From an uncultured Thermodesulfobacteriota bacterium (GTDB lineage: Bacteria > Desulfobacterota > GWC2-55-46 > JADFVP01): a stretch of DNA of 48,751 nucleotides. The DNA lies in NCBI GenBank assembly GCA_964510775.1, contig CAZEBZ010000005.1, positions 8,267 through 57,017 of the forward strand, read 5' to 3'. The first letter of the stretch is position 1. Each line of letters starts with the position of its first letter. Both the position numbers and the translations under genes were made by a program. Positions 1 to 10,277 of this stretch are shown here, one piece after another. Under the pieces are notes generated by a model. It did no database searches. It was not told the origin of the DNA and was given only the letters and a program-made list of their open reading frames with translations.

Positions 1-149
1 AAGAAAAAAGAGCGCCTCAAGACCTCACCCCAACCCCACATTGGTTTTCTTTGTCCTGCTTTCTTTTTTCCAAATCTGCAAGAAAAAAGAGCGCCTCAAG
101 ACCTCACCCCAACCCCACATTGGTTTTCTTTGTCTTACTTTCTTTTTTC
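1..149. repeat. Tandem direct repeat, 79-bp period, about 1.9 copies (may continue left of the window)
   Basis: AAGAAAAAAGAGCGCCTCAAGACCTCACCCCAACCCCACATTGGTTTTCTTTGTC starts at both 1 and 80; the copies diverge only in the T-rich end. Confidence 0.9.
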
Positions 150-163
150 TAAAAGAAAGTAAG
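119..163. repeat. Dispersed 45-bp palindromic element, copy 1
   Basis: Exact reverse complement of 30081-30125; internal inverted repeat CTTACTTTCT...AGAAAGTAAG. Confidence 0.9.
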
Positions 164-258
164 TTAATAGCCAAACTCCCTCAGGGTCTTTCGACCCTCT
201 TACTGCTATTTACTACCTCAGCTTTCTTTGAAAATTTTTATAACCTAACAGGCCGCCT

Positions 259-1134
259 CTAATAGCCAAACTCCCTTAGACTTCGCTCGTTTCCTGTCCA
301 GTCTTTTTTTACGCGCACAAAGAGCTCCAAAAAGACCTTGGCCCCTAAGAATCTCTCTATCTCACCCCTTGCCAGCGTGCCTATTTTTTTAAGCATGGCC
401 CCTTTTTTACCTATTATAATACCCTTCTGCGAGTCTCTCTCAACATTTATAACGGCCCTTATGGAAATTACTTTTGCCCCCTCGCGAAACTCCTCTACCA
501 CTACGGCAGTTGAGTAGGGTATCTCCTGATGAGTAAGCCTGAAGACTTTTTCGCGCACCATCTCAGCGGCCATAAAACGCTCTGGCTGGTCTGTAACCAT
601 ATCGGCGGGAAAGTAGGGCGGCCCCTCGGGGAGCAGGCCTTTAAGGGTCTCTACCAAGGGGCCCATAGCATGGCCCCTTAAGGCAGATATGGGAATTATC
701 TCGTGAAAGGCATAAAGGGGTTTATATGCCTCAATTACAGGAAAAATATCATCGCGGCTGATAGTATCCACCTTGTTGATGCAGAGTATTACAGGGCAAG
801 TCGTACTCTTTAGGGCCTTTAATATGGCGAGGTCGCCCCCAACAGGGGGAGCAGCCTCAACAAGCAGTACAAGGACATCTACGTCCTTAAGGGAACCCAT
901 AGCCTCTCTCATCATAAAGCTCGAGAGCGCCCCCCTGCCCTTGTGTATGCCAGGGGTATCGAGAAAGACAATCTGTCCGTCCTCTAAATTAAGCACACCC
1001 TTGATGACATTTCTCGTAGTCTGCGCTTTTTTTGAGACAATAGAAATCTTCTCACCCAGCAATTTATTTAGAAGAGTGGATTTTCCCGTATTAGGCCGTC
1101 CGATTATGGAGACAAAACCCGATGTAAAGGTCAT
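259..1134 (-). CDS. era: GTPase Era
   Basis: GRPNTGKS, QTTR, DTPG and NKVD G-motifs; C-terminal KH domain (EIPYS, GIIIGKKG). Confidence 0.97.
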   Translation of the reverse strand: MTFTSGFVSIIGRPNTGKSTLLNKLLGEKISIVSKKAQTTRNVIKGVLNLEDGQIVFLDTPGIHKGRGALSSFMMREAMGSLKDVDVLVLLVEAAPPVGGDLAILKALKSTTCPVILCINKVDTISRDDIFPVIEAYKPLYAFHEIIPISALRGHAMGPLVETLKGLLPEGPPYFPADMVTDQPERFMAAEMVREKVFRLTHQEIPYSTAVVVEEFREGAKVISIRAVINVERDSQKGIIIGKKGAMLKKIGTLARGEIERFLGAKVFLELFVRVKKDWTGNERSLREFGY

Positions 1135-1175
1135 TATTATTCCTTTATATTAATCTATATTAATAAGTAATTTTT

Positions 1176-2651
1176 TTAAAGGATACCATCAGGCTCGGCC
1201 CCTGTCAAAGGCGGCGAAGGTGCAGGGTCAGGGATATTATTCAGACCCCTTGCAGTAGAATCGGGCCAGATAGAGGCGAGCACAAGGGCCGCGGTGAAGT
1301 ATATAATAGGTAGATAAGTAAGGGTATTTCTGTGTATACCCGTACGCTGCGTTACGGCCGTGACCTCAAGGGTAAGGTATGTAAATAAAAACATTGACAC
1401 TATAAGGATTATTATCAGAAAAAGATACTTTAATTCAGTTCTTAAGACCTTTTTTATGGCAAAAAGACTTGATATTACCCAGAGCGGAAAGATTAGGTTG
1501 TAATTGGCAGTAAAGAGTAATTCTCCAAGACCAACTCGCAGCACCTCCCAGTGAACGCCCGTCTTTGGGGCTGATGGGTCAAGTGGGTTGCTGCTGAACC
1601 ACTGAAAGCCCGAAGAAGCGCCGCTATGACCAAAACCAATGCCGTAGTGAGACTTAAAGATCAGCCATGGGCCTACAATAATAATCATGGGAATGATAAA
1701 GGCCGCAAGAGAGGTAAAACAAGACCTCTTCCTCGTAAATAAATACAGAACAAGTGCAGAGCCGCCGGAGAGGGCAAAGAACAGTCCCTCGTTCTTCACA
1801 AATATAGCGGCGCCGAAAAATATCCCTGATAAGGTGAGGTATGCGTAAGGCCCGCCCTTAAAAAACCTCCAGAGGGCTACCGTGCCTGAGAGTGCAAAGA
1901 AGGAGAGCGGGAGATCAGAGTATGCGTCCTGACCGTGCACTGAAAAAATCGGGACGCTCGCCATGAAAAACAGGGTTATAAGGGCGTAAAAAGTCCCCGC
2001 CTCTCTTTTTACGCCATAATAAAGCACGCCCAGAACCCCGATAAAATAAAGAAAGCCCGGGGCCTTTATATAGACCTCGTGAAATTTGCCGAGTACAAGG
2101 GCAATCCATGTCTGCAGCAGGGGCAGATGCAACGGATGACCGATAAAGGCCCTGTAGCCGCGCCCGAAAAAATGCTCATTATATGAATCAAGAAAAAGGC
2201 CTGCCTTGTAGAAAAAAAACTTCCCCGATACGGCCCAGTTAGTATAAATATCATAAGAGTAGACAGGTCGCGTAAGCGACTCGTAAGTCACAAAGCCCGT
2301 CTTTAGAGCTATCCACGAGGCCAAAATAATTGTAAGATAAAGACGCCAGCCTCGCAGCAGCGGCCTCTTTAAAGATTGTACGGCAGGAGATTTTCCTCCG
2401 GAGCGGGAGATAAAGAAGAAGATAATAGTAAAGACAATCAGCGGCAGCGAAACTACGGCGCGGCTAAAGGGAACTCTCGTAAGACCTATAATAAACATCT
2501 CCAAAACAAGAAGAGCAAAACCCAGACCAATACCAAAGCAAAGGGCCTCTACCCACGCCAACTCATCATCACCACGAAGCAGGCAGCGAATACAAAAAGT
2601 TCCGCCCGCAAGAGGCAGTATCATGGATAGAATAAGGTAGAATAAGTCCAT
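1176..2651 (-). CDS. Polytopic membrane protein, GT-C (ArnT/PMT-like) glycosyltransferase
   Basis: 491 aa, more than 10 hydrophobic segments; YDIYTNW loop, YSDLP and KNEG motifs. Confidence 0.65.
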   Translation of the reverse strand: MDLFYLILSMILPLAGGTFCIRCLLRGDDELAWVEALCFGIGLGFALLVLEMFIIGLTRVPFSRAVVSLPLIVFTIIFFFISRSGGKSPAVQSLKRPLLRGWRLYLTIILASWIALKTGFVTYESLTRPVYSYDIYTNWAVSGKFFFYKAGLFLDSYNEHFFGRGYRAFIGHPLHLPLLQTWIALVLGKFHEVYIKAPGFLYFIGVLGVLYYGVKREAGTFYALITLFFMASVPIFSVHGQDAYSDLPLSFFALSGTVALWRFFKGGPYAYLTLSGIFFGAAIFVKNEGLFFALSGGSALVLYLFTRKRSCFTSLAAFIIPMIIIVGPWLIFKSHYGIGFGHSGASSGFQWFSSNPLDPSAPKTGVHWEVLRVGLGELLFTANYNLIFPLWVISSLFAIKKVLRTELKYLFLIIILIVSMFLFTYLTLEVTAVTQRTGIHRNTLTYLPIIYFTAALVLASIWPDSTARGLNNIPDPAPSPPLTGAEPDGIL

Positions 2652-2655
2652 AGTA

Positions 2656-3789
2656 TTATTTAATCACCTTGTAGATAGCGGCGTTGTCGTCGTACCTCGC
2701 GAAAAGCCTCACCTTTGGAGCAAGTATTTTCCCGTCAATATCAAAAAGCGCACCGGTCAGAGGGTTTACTTGAAGCGCCTCACCATAAGACCATAAAAAA
2801 TCCGCCTCAACGGAGGCCTCAAAAGGTAGCAGATAATACCTCGCGAAAACAGCGAGAGGCGTATTTAAACCGGCGACAGCAGGGCTTATCGTACTGCCGG
2901 AAGGTAGTCTTTTTTTGATATAATCGACAAAGTCAAAGATACTGCCCGGAGATTTGTGATTCAGTATGCGTACCCTCTGTCCTACATCTACAGGGGAGAG
3001 GGTCTTCACATCATCCACAAAGACGCTCAGCCAGTTGTAATCCATCCTAAGGGTAAAAAAAGTGCCTGCGATAAGAGATATGATACAGAAAATTCCCAAT
3101 GCCTTACGAGGGGAAAGCCTACGCCCTCTCACCTTACAGACCACAAGGGCTGTAATAAAGGCAAGACCGATAAAAATATATAGCATAGAGAGAAAACCCA
3201 GACCACCTGCCTCTGGCGTAGCCACAAAACCCACTGTCGCTCCGGAGATAAAGTCAGGGCGCCAGAACTCCTCCCAGTACAAAGGAATAAGCCCAAGTGC
3301 GCCGGGATCATAAAAACGAAGGCCGTCAAGGCGCACATCTATCTTCTCTGTACCAAAAAAAGAAATCCCAAAATTATCAATATCTACTGTATCATCCGTA
3401 GCAGCGGCCCTGCCAAGATAGAGCCGTAGAACTGTAACCTGCGAAGCGCCCTTAACCTTAATTGACTTAGCCGCCTGCCATCCACCTGCTGAGCGCACGA
3501 TAATATTACAGTAAAGACTCTTTAAGGTCTTAAATCGAATCTCAACGGCCACTCGGCGAAGCGGCACAGTAAGACTATTTACAGGACCTATGAGGAGGTA
3601 TTTATCGCCTCTTAATAATAATCCGCCCTCTGTGATACGAGCCTCCCTTACATGCTTTAAGCGCAGCTTTGAGGCCATATCAGCGCCCTTATAAAGAACG
3701 CCGCCCTCTGCCCCGCGAGCCGTCGGCGCGCCAAGAGAGAAGCTGAACAGAACAAAAAAAAGCAGAGCTATGGGAGATAGTGACTTCAT
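2656..3789 (-). CDS. Hypothetical exported/membrane protein
   Basis: 377 aa; signal peptide, soluble domain, then two TM helices; ends 4 bp before the GT-C gene start. Confidence 0.75.
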   Translation of the reverse strand: MKSLSPIALLFFVLFSFSLGAPTARGAEGGVLYKGADMASKLRLKHVREARITEGGLLLRGDKYLLIGPVNSLTVPLRRVAVEIRFKTLKSLYCNIIVRSAGGWQAAKSIKVKGASQVTVLRLYLGRAAATDDTVDIDNFGISFFGTEKIDVRLDGLRFYDPGALGLIPLYWEEFWRPDFISGATVGFVATPEAGGLGFLSMLYIFIGLAFITALVVCKVRGRRLSPRKALGIFCIISLIAGTFFTLRMDYNWLSVFVDDVKTLSPVDVGQRVRILNHKSPGSIFDFVDYIKKRLPSGSTISPAVAGLNTPLAVFARYYLLPFEASVEADFLWSYGEALQVNPLTGALFDIDGKILAPKVRLFARYDDNAAIYKVIK

Positions 3790-4001
3790 ATACCTTTTAA
3801 GGGAATCCTATTAAGAAATACTCAAGAGCATAACGCGTTAAAGTCACGCGGCTCCAATAAGTCCAAGAGGATAAGTATCTTTAAAGTACCTCTGTAACGA
3901 TAAGATAGAATTAATCAAGCGCCGCTTTACAGTCTTAGACCTCACCATCGGTAAATTAGTTAGCATCTACTGCCGCAGATACCACTCCAGAGAGAGGCAG
4001 A

Positions 4002-4289
4002 TCAAGAGAAGGGGAGAGCATCTAACCTCTTGCACATAAAGCCCGCCGAAGGTGTAGCTGCGCCTGAGAGGGGCACAGGGGACATGGAGTCCTCACTATT
4101 CTTATTAAGATAAAGATAGCTGAAGTAATCTGTGGGGATAAAGAGAATAAAGGTAAGGATACACAGTAAATCTCTGTAAAGGGCCTTACCTGAGATGGCA
4201 GCACGAAAAATCCCTGCCGCCACAGTAAATGAGAGGGCGAAGACAAAGTTACACAGTACTGTATTATTGTAAGAGAGTGTTTTTTTCAT
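4002..4289 (-). CDS. Small hypothetical membrane protein, possibly a truncated gene
   Basis: ATG at 4289 follows GGGGGAGG; two hydrophobic segments; TTGACA-N18-TAAGAT upstream (4351-4322). Confidence 0.4.
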   Translation of the reverse strand: MKKTLSYNNTVLCNFVFALSFTVAAGIFRAAISGKALYRDLLCILTFILFIPTDYFSYLYLNKNSEDSMSPVPLSGAATPSAGFMCKRLDALPFS

Positions 4290-4424
4290 GCCTCCCCCTG
4301 ACCTCAGATATCTAAACATGTATCTTAAGTCATAAGAAGGCGGCCTGTCAACTACAAGGCAGACCTCAGGATAGAGGGCAGATGCGATCAAATATCACAC
4401 AAGTTTTGAGGGAGGACTAGCGCC

Positions 4425-5675
4425 TTATTTACTCATTGAGAGGAAGAATTCTTTGTTGCTCTCAGTGTTCTTTATCTTGTTAAGGAGAAACTCCATGCTG
4501 TCAATGGGGTTAAGGGGCTGCAAGACTTTTCTAAGTATCCAGATCCTGTTAAGCTCGGCCTTGGAGAGAAGCAGGTCTTCTTTTCTTGTACCGGACTTGT
4601 TAATATCAATGGCCGGGAAGATCCTTCTCTCGGCAAGTTTTCTGTCAAGGACTATTTCCATGTTGCCCGTACCTTTGAATTCTTCAAAGATAACCTCGTC
4701 CATACGCGAGCCCGTGTCCACAAGTGCCGTGGCTATGATCGTAAGGCTGCCGCCCTCCTCGATGTTTCTCGCCGCTCCAAAGAACCTCTTTGGCTTATGA
4801 AGGGCGTTTGAGTCCACACCGCCGGAGAGCACCTTGCCGCTGGGCGGGACAACGGTATTATATGCGCGGGCGAGACGTGTAATGGAGTCAAGGAGTATGA
4901 CAACGTCTTTTTGATGCTCCACGAGCCTCTTTGCCTTCTCGATGACCATCTCCGAGACCTGCACATGGCGCTGCGCCGGCTCGTCAAAGGTACTGCTGAT
5001 TACCTCTCCATTTACGGAACGCTCCATGTCAGTAACCTCCTCGGGACGCTCGTCTATAAGGAGAACCAGAAGAATGACATCAGGGTGATTTGCTGTAATG
5101 GAGTTGGCTACTTTCTGCAAAAACATAGTCTTACCTGCCCTCGGAGGCGAGACGATAAGGGCCCTCTGGCCCTTCCCAAGGGGGGTGAATATGTCCATTA
5201 TTCTCATTGAGAGGTCGGGGTCTTTCTTTGTCTCAAGGTGAAGCTTTTCTTCGGGGTAGAGCGGGGTGAGGTTGTCAAAGAGTATCTTCTCTCTGGCAAT
5301 CTCGGGGTCTTCATAGTTTACCTTCTCTACTTTAAGGAGGGCAAAGTATCTCTCGCCCTCTTTTGGGGGCCGTATCTGCCCCGAGACGATATCGCCTGTG
5401 CGCAGATTAAACCTTCTTATCTGCGATGGCGAGACGTATATGTCGTCAGGGCCTGGAAGGTAATTATAATCCGGGGCCCGCAGGAATCCGAAACCATCGG
5501 GCAGGGTCTCAAGTACGCCCTCGCCGAATATCAGACCGTTCTTCTCGGACTGATTCTGGAGAAGGGCGAAGATCAGATCCTGTTTCCTCATACTTGACGC
5601 GCCCTCAATCTTGTATTTTCTGGCAAGGGAGGTCAATTCGTTTATCTTCTTATCCTTTAAATCTCTTAAATGCAT
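4425..5675 (-). CDS. rho: Transcription termination factor Rho
   Basis: [46 protein letters not shown]. Confidence 0.99.
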   Translation of the reverse strand: MHLRDLKDKKINELTSLARKYKIEGASSMRKQDLIFALLQNQSEKNGLIFGEGVLETLPDGFGFLRAPDYNYLPGPDDIYVSPSQIRRFNLRTGDIVSGQIRPPKEGERYFALLKVEKVNYEDPEIAREKILFDNLTPLYPEEKLHLETKKDPDLSMRIMDIFTPLGKGQRALIVSPPRAGKTMFLQKVANSITANHPDVILLVLLIDERPEEVTDMERSVNGEVISSTFDEPAQRHVQVSEMVIEKAKRLVEHQKDVVILLDSITRLARAYNTVVPPSGKVLSGGVDSNALHKPKRFFGAARNIEEGGSLTIIATALVDTGSRMDEVIFEEFKGTGNMEIVLDRKLAERRIFPAIDINKSGTRKEDLLLSKAELNRIWILRKVLQPLNPIDSMEFLLNKIKNTESNKEFFLSMSK

Positions 5676-5883
5676 AAACTACTCCTGTAAATATGGCATA
5701 GAAACAGATACATGACCGCAATAGGGCATGGCTAATAGCTTCTAAAGCTAATGTGTTGTCTGAGTGATGTCCTTAAGACTTAATTCCTCTGGGTTTAATA
5801 ACTGGATTTGAACCTGTGCATAGGGTATGAAAACTTATGCAGGTTGAAAGGTATTTTGACTTTAGCACGGTTAAAAAACCATG

Positions 5884-6498
5884 TCAACTCTTTTCTAAGA
5901 GAAGTCTCTTGTAAATAACGCGCGCCTCTGTAAGGCTCTCCTCGCGCGGGCCGTTATTATCAATAAGACAATCCGCCCTCTTTATCTTCTCACTTAGAGG
6001 CATCTGCGATTTCATTATCCTCTTTGCCGCCGCCTCATTAATACCATCACGGCGCATAAGCCTCTTTAGCTGCACGTCCTCGTCAGTATAGACGACAATG
6101 ACCTTGTCCATATCTCTATCAAGGCCGGCCTCAAAGAGCAGCGGCGCGTCAAGTGCAATAACCACACCATCTGCCGCCTCCTTAAGTGCGGCAAGACGCT
6201 CCCTTATAACAGCGATGATAACAGGGCGTGTAATCGCCGTAAGCTCTGCAAGGCGGCTGTAATCAGAGAAGACAATGGCTCCGAGGGCCTTTCTGTCTAT
6301 CTCTCCATCGGCCCTCACGATAGAGGGGCCAAAGGCGCGCACCGTGGCAGCAAAGGCCGGAAGGCCCGGTCTCAGCACCTCTCTTGCGATAACATCGGCG
6401 TCTACAAGAGCCGCGCCAAGAGAGCGAAACTCCGCGGATATGAGGCTTTTTCCCGTTGCCGGCCCGCCTGTTATGCCTACTATTACACTCCTGCCCAT
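5884..6498 (-). CDS. coaE: Dephospho-CoA kinase
   Basis: GITGGPATGKS, DADVIAR, IDRKALGAIVF, PLLFE. Confidence 0.95.
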   Translation of the reverse strand: MGRSVIVGITGGPATGKSLISAEFRSLGAALVDADVIAREVLRPGLPAFAATVRAFGPSIVRADGEIDRKALGAIVFSDYSRLAELTAITRPVIIAVIRERLAALKEAADGVVIALDAPLLFEAGLDRDMDKVIVVYTDEDVQLKRLMRRDGINEAAAKRIMKSQMPLSEKIKRADCLIDNNGPREESLTEARVIYKRLLLEKS

Positions 6499-6554
6499 AA
6501 ACTAACTCTCCCGCAATACTACTAACGCCCCTACCGCCATACCCAAAGAACACT

Positions 6555-7367
6555 TTACCTCTTCATAATAAAACTCAGTTGCCTGCCCGTAACCCCATCT
6601 CTTCTGTATGAGTAGTACAAGGCTCTATTACAGGCCGTACATGGCCCGGGCGGGCTGATATTCTTAGCAGGCACTCCCAGTGAGGCAAGAACATCAGCAG
6701 CGGCGGCGCCAAGGTCAAGCCTTAGCCCGCTCTCATCTCTTATAAAGTATCGCCCCCTCTCAAGACCGGCGTCCTTAAAACTACTTACAAGGTCATCAGA
6801 GACTTCATAACAGCAGGGGCCGATATGAGGGCCTATAGCCGCCAGAATATTTCTTGAACTTACAGCATAATTACTACTAAGAACCGCCAGGGTTTCCTGC
6901 AAGACACCTGCAGTAAGACCGCGCCATCCGGCGTGCGCCGCCGCTACTGTCTTGCTTGCAGGGTCATAGAGCAGTACCGGGACACAATCCGCCGTAAGTA
7001 TGCCTATGGGCACATTTGCCTCTGCCGTGATAATCGCATCGGCGCTGGGACGGGTAGCGTAGGGAAAACCTCTGTCTTTAATGACAAAAACATCACTGCC
7101 GTGAACCTGCTTTACAGTAAATACTCCCTCAGATGGCAGGGTGAAGGCGCGGCCCAGCAGCTCCTTATTGGCCCTCACATTATCAGCACCGTCATCACCG
7201 CCAAAATTCAGGCTATTAAAGGGCGCGGGGCTTACACCTCCCGCTCGCCCCATAAAGGCGTGCTCAAGGCCCGGGATAGCGCCCAAGTGGGGGGCCCTTA
7301 AAAAACTCAGCCCATTACTCTCTACAAGTTCAAGGGGTAGGGCTCTCACTCTCGTCATAGACTTCAT
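6555..7367 (-). CDS. pgeF: PgeF/YfiH family peptidoglycan editing factor (laccase-domain protein)
   Basis: QVHG, TADCVPV, HAGWRG, GPHIGPCCYEV, SYRRD. Confidence 0.93.
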   Translation of the reverse strand: MKSMTRVRALPLELVESNGLSFLRAPHLGAIPGLEHAFMGRAGGVSPAPFNSLNFGGDDGADNVRANKELLGRAFTLPSEGVFTVKQVHGSDVFVIKDRGFPYATRPSADAIITAEANVPIGILTADCVPVLLYDPASKTVAAAHAGWRGLTAGVLQETLAVLSSNYAVSSRNILAAIGPHIGPCCYEVSDDLVSSFKDAGLERGRYFIRDESGLRLDLGAAAADVLASLGVPAKNISPPGPCTACNRALYYSYRRDGVTGRQLSFIMKR

Positions 7368-8310
7368 TCAGGGCCTCTATAATCTCGGCCATGTCCTTTG
7401 GGGGCGGCGCCGTAAACTCCATTAACTCCCCTGTAGAGGGGTGCGAAAAAGCGAGGTAAGCGGCATGAAGACACTGTCGCGGAGCCTTTTTAAGTAAATT
7501 TGCGGGGCGGGGCGGCAAGTTCACCGGCGTATCACGCTGCCCGACCCAGCCGTAGAGGGTATCCCCTACAACAGGTCTGCCTATAGATGATAGATGAACA
7601 CGTATCTGATGCGTACGGCCCGTCTCAGGGCGCAGCTCAAGAAGTGTAATGCCGCCGTAACGCGCCAGAACGCTAAAACGCGTCAGGGCCTTTCTTTTTT
7701 TTCTCGCCCGTGTTGATATCTTTTTCCTGTCCGCAGGGCTCCTGCCAAGGGGTTTATCTATCTCGCCCTCATCTTCTTTCATGGGGCCCCGTACAAGGGC
7801 GATGTATTTTCTTGCCGTAGAGTGTACCTTGAACTGCTCTGAGAGGTCTCTGTGGCTCCTGTCATTCTTTGCTACTACCATAACGCCTGATGTATCCATA
7901 TCAAGGCGGTGCACGATGCCGGGCCGAAGGGAATCGCCGCCAGTGGATAGCTCAGTGGTATGATTTAATAGAGCATTCACAAGGGTACCGCTGCTTCTGC
8001 CCGCCCCGGGGTGAACGGCGAGGCCGGGCTGTTTGTTAATAACAAGAATATCATCGTCCTCAAAGAGTATCGTAAGAGGTATGGCCTCAGGACGAAGAGT
8101 AAGAGGCTGCGGCGCGGGCAGCGTAACATCTACACTGTCACCTCTACGGAGCCTGCACGAGGCCTTCACCTTCTTACCGTTTACAAGGACAAGGCCTCCG
8201 AGTATAGCCTTCTGAACAGCCGCCCTTGTAGAGTCCTGAAGGCTCTCGCTCAAGAAGCGGTCCACCCTCTCGCCCTCTGCAAGGCTTGACAATATCACTC
8301 TCTCTTCCAT
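7330..8310 (-). CDS. rluD: RluA-family pseudouridine synthase (RluD); alternative start at 8349
   Basis: S4 domain; RPGIVHRLDMDTSG and TGRTHQIRVH; adjacent to pgeF as usual. Confidence 0.92.
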   Translation of the reverse strand: MEERVILSSLAEGERVDRFLSESLQDSTRAAVQKAILGGLVLVNGKKVKASCRLRRGDSVDVTLPAPQPLTLRPEAIPLTILFEDDDILVINKQPGLAVHPGAGRSSGTLVNALLNHTTELSTGGDSLRPGIVHRLDMDTSGVMVVAKNDRSHRDLSEQFKVHSTARKYIALVRGPMKEDEGEIDKPLGRSPADRKKISTRARKKRKALTRFSVLARYGGITLLELRPETGRTHQIRVHLSSIGRPVVGDTLYGWVGQRDTPVNLPPRPANLLKKAPRQCLHAAYLAFSHPSTGELMEFTAPPPKDMAEIIEALNEVYDESESPTP

Positions 8311-8492
8311 ATCAACACTCTTGCCTTCTTCCCTGCAGACAAAAGACATAACCGCAAGAGAGAATCAATTATAAAAATTATAAAAATCTGAAAAAATCTT
8401 ATCTGAAAATAAGACGTAGAGGAAGTTTTTTTTAATGAGAAGGCGAAGCGGCAGATTCATAAGAGCCTCGCAGGCCCAGTGCCCGCGATATA

Positions 8493-9185
8493 TTAGGGTT
8501 TACCGGCTTTTTCCTTAAGTATCTCATCTACAAGCACGTCTCGGCCCTTCTCTGCATTGGCGCGCACAAGGGTCTCCACAAGCTCGGCCTCGGAGTTCTT
8601 AAAGGCCTCGATAATATCACGATGCTGCGAGAGCGACTCTCTCATACGGCCGGGAAGGCTCAGGGCCGTAACCCTGAAACGCTCGAACTGCTGCACAAGG
8701 CTATGGACAAGGGCATAGAGTTTCTCATTACCGCTGCCCTTTAGAAAGGTATCGTGAAAATCATTATCAAGGACGAAAAAACCCTTCACGTCCCCCTTCT
8801 CGGCGCACTTTTCCATTGCCCCGTTCAAGGTCTCAAGCCTCTTTATATCACGGGAGGTAAATCCCGCCGTTGCCGTCCTCGCCGCATACCCCTCAAGCAA
8901 GCTCTTTATGGCATAGAACTCCACGACGTCCTTATCGGTAATAGGGCTTACTACGGCGCCCTTTCTCGGTATAAGGGAGATGAACCCCTCGGACTCGAGC
9001 TGCCTGAAGGCCTCTCTTATAGGCGTGCGGCTGATGCCGAAGTTGGCGGCTATCTCTTGTTCGGGAACGCGCTCGCCAGATTTGAGCCTGCCGCTGATGA
9101 CGGCATCCTTAATGAATTCGACTATCCTCTCCCTGAGGGTAAGGGGTTTGTCCACGGGATAATCAAGCAATTTTCTCTTCTCCAT
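8493..9185 (-). CDS. GntR-family (FCD domain) transcriptional regulator
   Basis: HTH FGISRTPIREAFRQLESEG; FCD motifs NDFH and QHRDII. Confidence 0.93.
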   Translation of the reverse strand: MEKRKLLDYPVDKPLTLRERIVEFIKDAVISGRLKSGERVPEQEIAANFGISRTPIREAFRQLESEGFISLIPRKGAVVSPITDKDVVEFYAIKSLLEGYAARTATAGFTSRDIKRLETLNGAMEKCAEKGDVKGFFVLDNDFHDTFLKGSGNEKLYALVHSLVQQFERFRVTALSLPGRMRESLSQHRDIIEAFKNSEAELVETLVRANAEKGRDVLVDEILKEKAGKP

Positions 9186-9313
9186 AGGAATTTTGAGTCT
9201 ACTTAAGACTCTGTAAGCTAATAAATTATATATTTATACGTGAGTGCGTCTGACATAAATTAGCGGGGAAAGCAGCGATAAGACGTGAATTTAGCTCATA
9301 AAGGCATACCTTT

Positions 9314-9342
9314 TGTATACAGTATACAGTCAGCAAAGTCAA
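9314..9342 (-). promoter_or_regulatory. Putative sigma70 promoter of the GntR gene, overlapped by a TGTATACA-type operator
   Basis: TTGACT-N17-TATACA on the minus strand; TGTATACAGTATACAG at 9314-9329. Confidence 0.6.
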
Positions 9343-9486
9343 GACCTTTCTACCCCTCCATGCCTCGCCCTCTATGGCTTAACCATAACCGTAGATGGGG
9401 TAAACAGGGGCCATGAGGCGGAATAAATAAAAAAAATCTTGCCAGAGCAGAGAGCATCTGCCTTTAATAATACTGGAGGAACTGTA

Positions 9487-10275
9487 ATGAAAGAAAGAGA
9501 CGAAGAAATAATACAGGTACATGTACCCTACCCTATTCTAAGGGAGAGACTTCACGAGGCCATAGACCTTGGCATTAACCCCGAGGTATACATTGACGGC
9601 GAGGATCTTGATACCATAGATGAGGACTTTCTTCGCCGCGCAGGCGAGGAATTATCCGCCCGCGGGCTGAGGGTTACGCAGCACGGCCCTTATATCCATG
9701 TAAACCCGGGAAGCGCTGATAAAGAGACTATAACCTCTACCGTAAAGAGGTACAGAGCGGCCTTCAGAGCGGCGCGGCTACTTGGGACAAAGGTCATCGT
9801 GCTTCATGCCTGCTACAGCGAGAAGAGGTTTAAGGGAGATATAGGGCGGTGGATAGAGAGCAGTATGAAGACATGGCCGGAATTTGTGCAGATGGCAGAA
9901 GATAATGAGATTATCATAGCCGCCGAGAATATTTTCGAGACTGAACCCACTCCGTTAAAGAGGCTTGTTGAGGAGATAAACTCGCCAAACTTCAGGCTCT
10001 GCATTGATTCAGGACACCTGAACGTCTTCTCAAAGGCAGGTTTTGAGGAGTGGTTCCGGGCCCTTGGCCCCTATATAGCCGAGCTGCACCTGCATGACAA
10101 CAGGGGCGGCTCAGACGAGCACCTCTGCCTCGGCGAGGGTTCTATTGATTTTCACGAGTATTTTCGACTGCTGAGAAAGTACGAAGTGGCCCCTGTATAT
10201 ACCATAGAGCCTCATGGAGAGCAGGTCTTCGAGCGGGCGCTACTGGCGGCAAGAAAATTTATTAATGCAATATAG
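9487..10275 (+). CDS. Sugar phosphate isomerase/epimerase (AP endonuclease 2-type TIM barrel)
   Basis: AENIFE, CIDSGH, LHLHDN, DEHL and TIE metal-binding motifs; GGAGGA before the ATG at 9487. Confidence 0.88.
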   Translation: MKERDEEIIQVHVPYPILRERLHEAIDLGINPEVYIDGEDLDTIDEDFLRRAGEELSARGLRVTQHGPYIHVNPGSADKETITSTVKRYRAAFRAARLLGTKVIVLHACYSEKRFKGDIGRWIESSMKTWPEFVQMAEDNEIIIAAENIFETEPTPLKRLVEEINSPNFRLCIDSGHLNVFSKAGFEEWFRALGPYIAELHLHDNRGGSDEHLCLGEGSIDFHEYFRLLRKYEVAPVYTIEPHGEQVFERALLAARKFINAI

Positions 10276-10277
10276 AC

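Noticed and set aside
1-149. 79-bp tandem repeat as a CRISPR array
   Set aside because: The whole unit repeats, there are no unique spacers, and no cas genes are present.
41-262. 73-aa plus-strand ORF
   Set aside because: A translation of the tandem repeat region with a TTG start and no RBS.
5676-5883. Structured RNA in the rho leader
   Set aside because: Only imperfect hairpins (for example 5811-5845) and no recognisable family; long rho leaders are ordinary.
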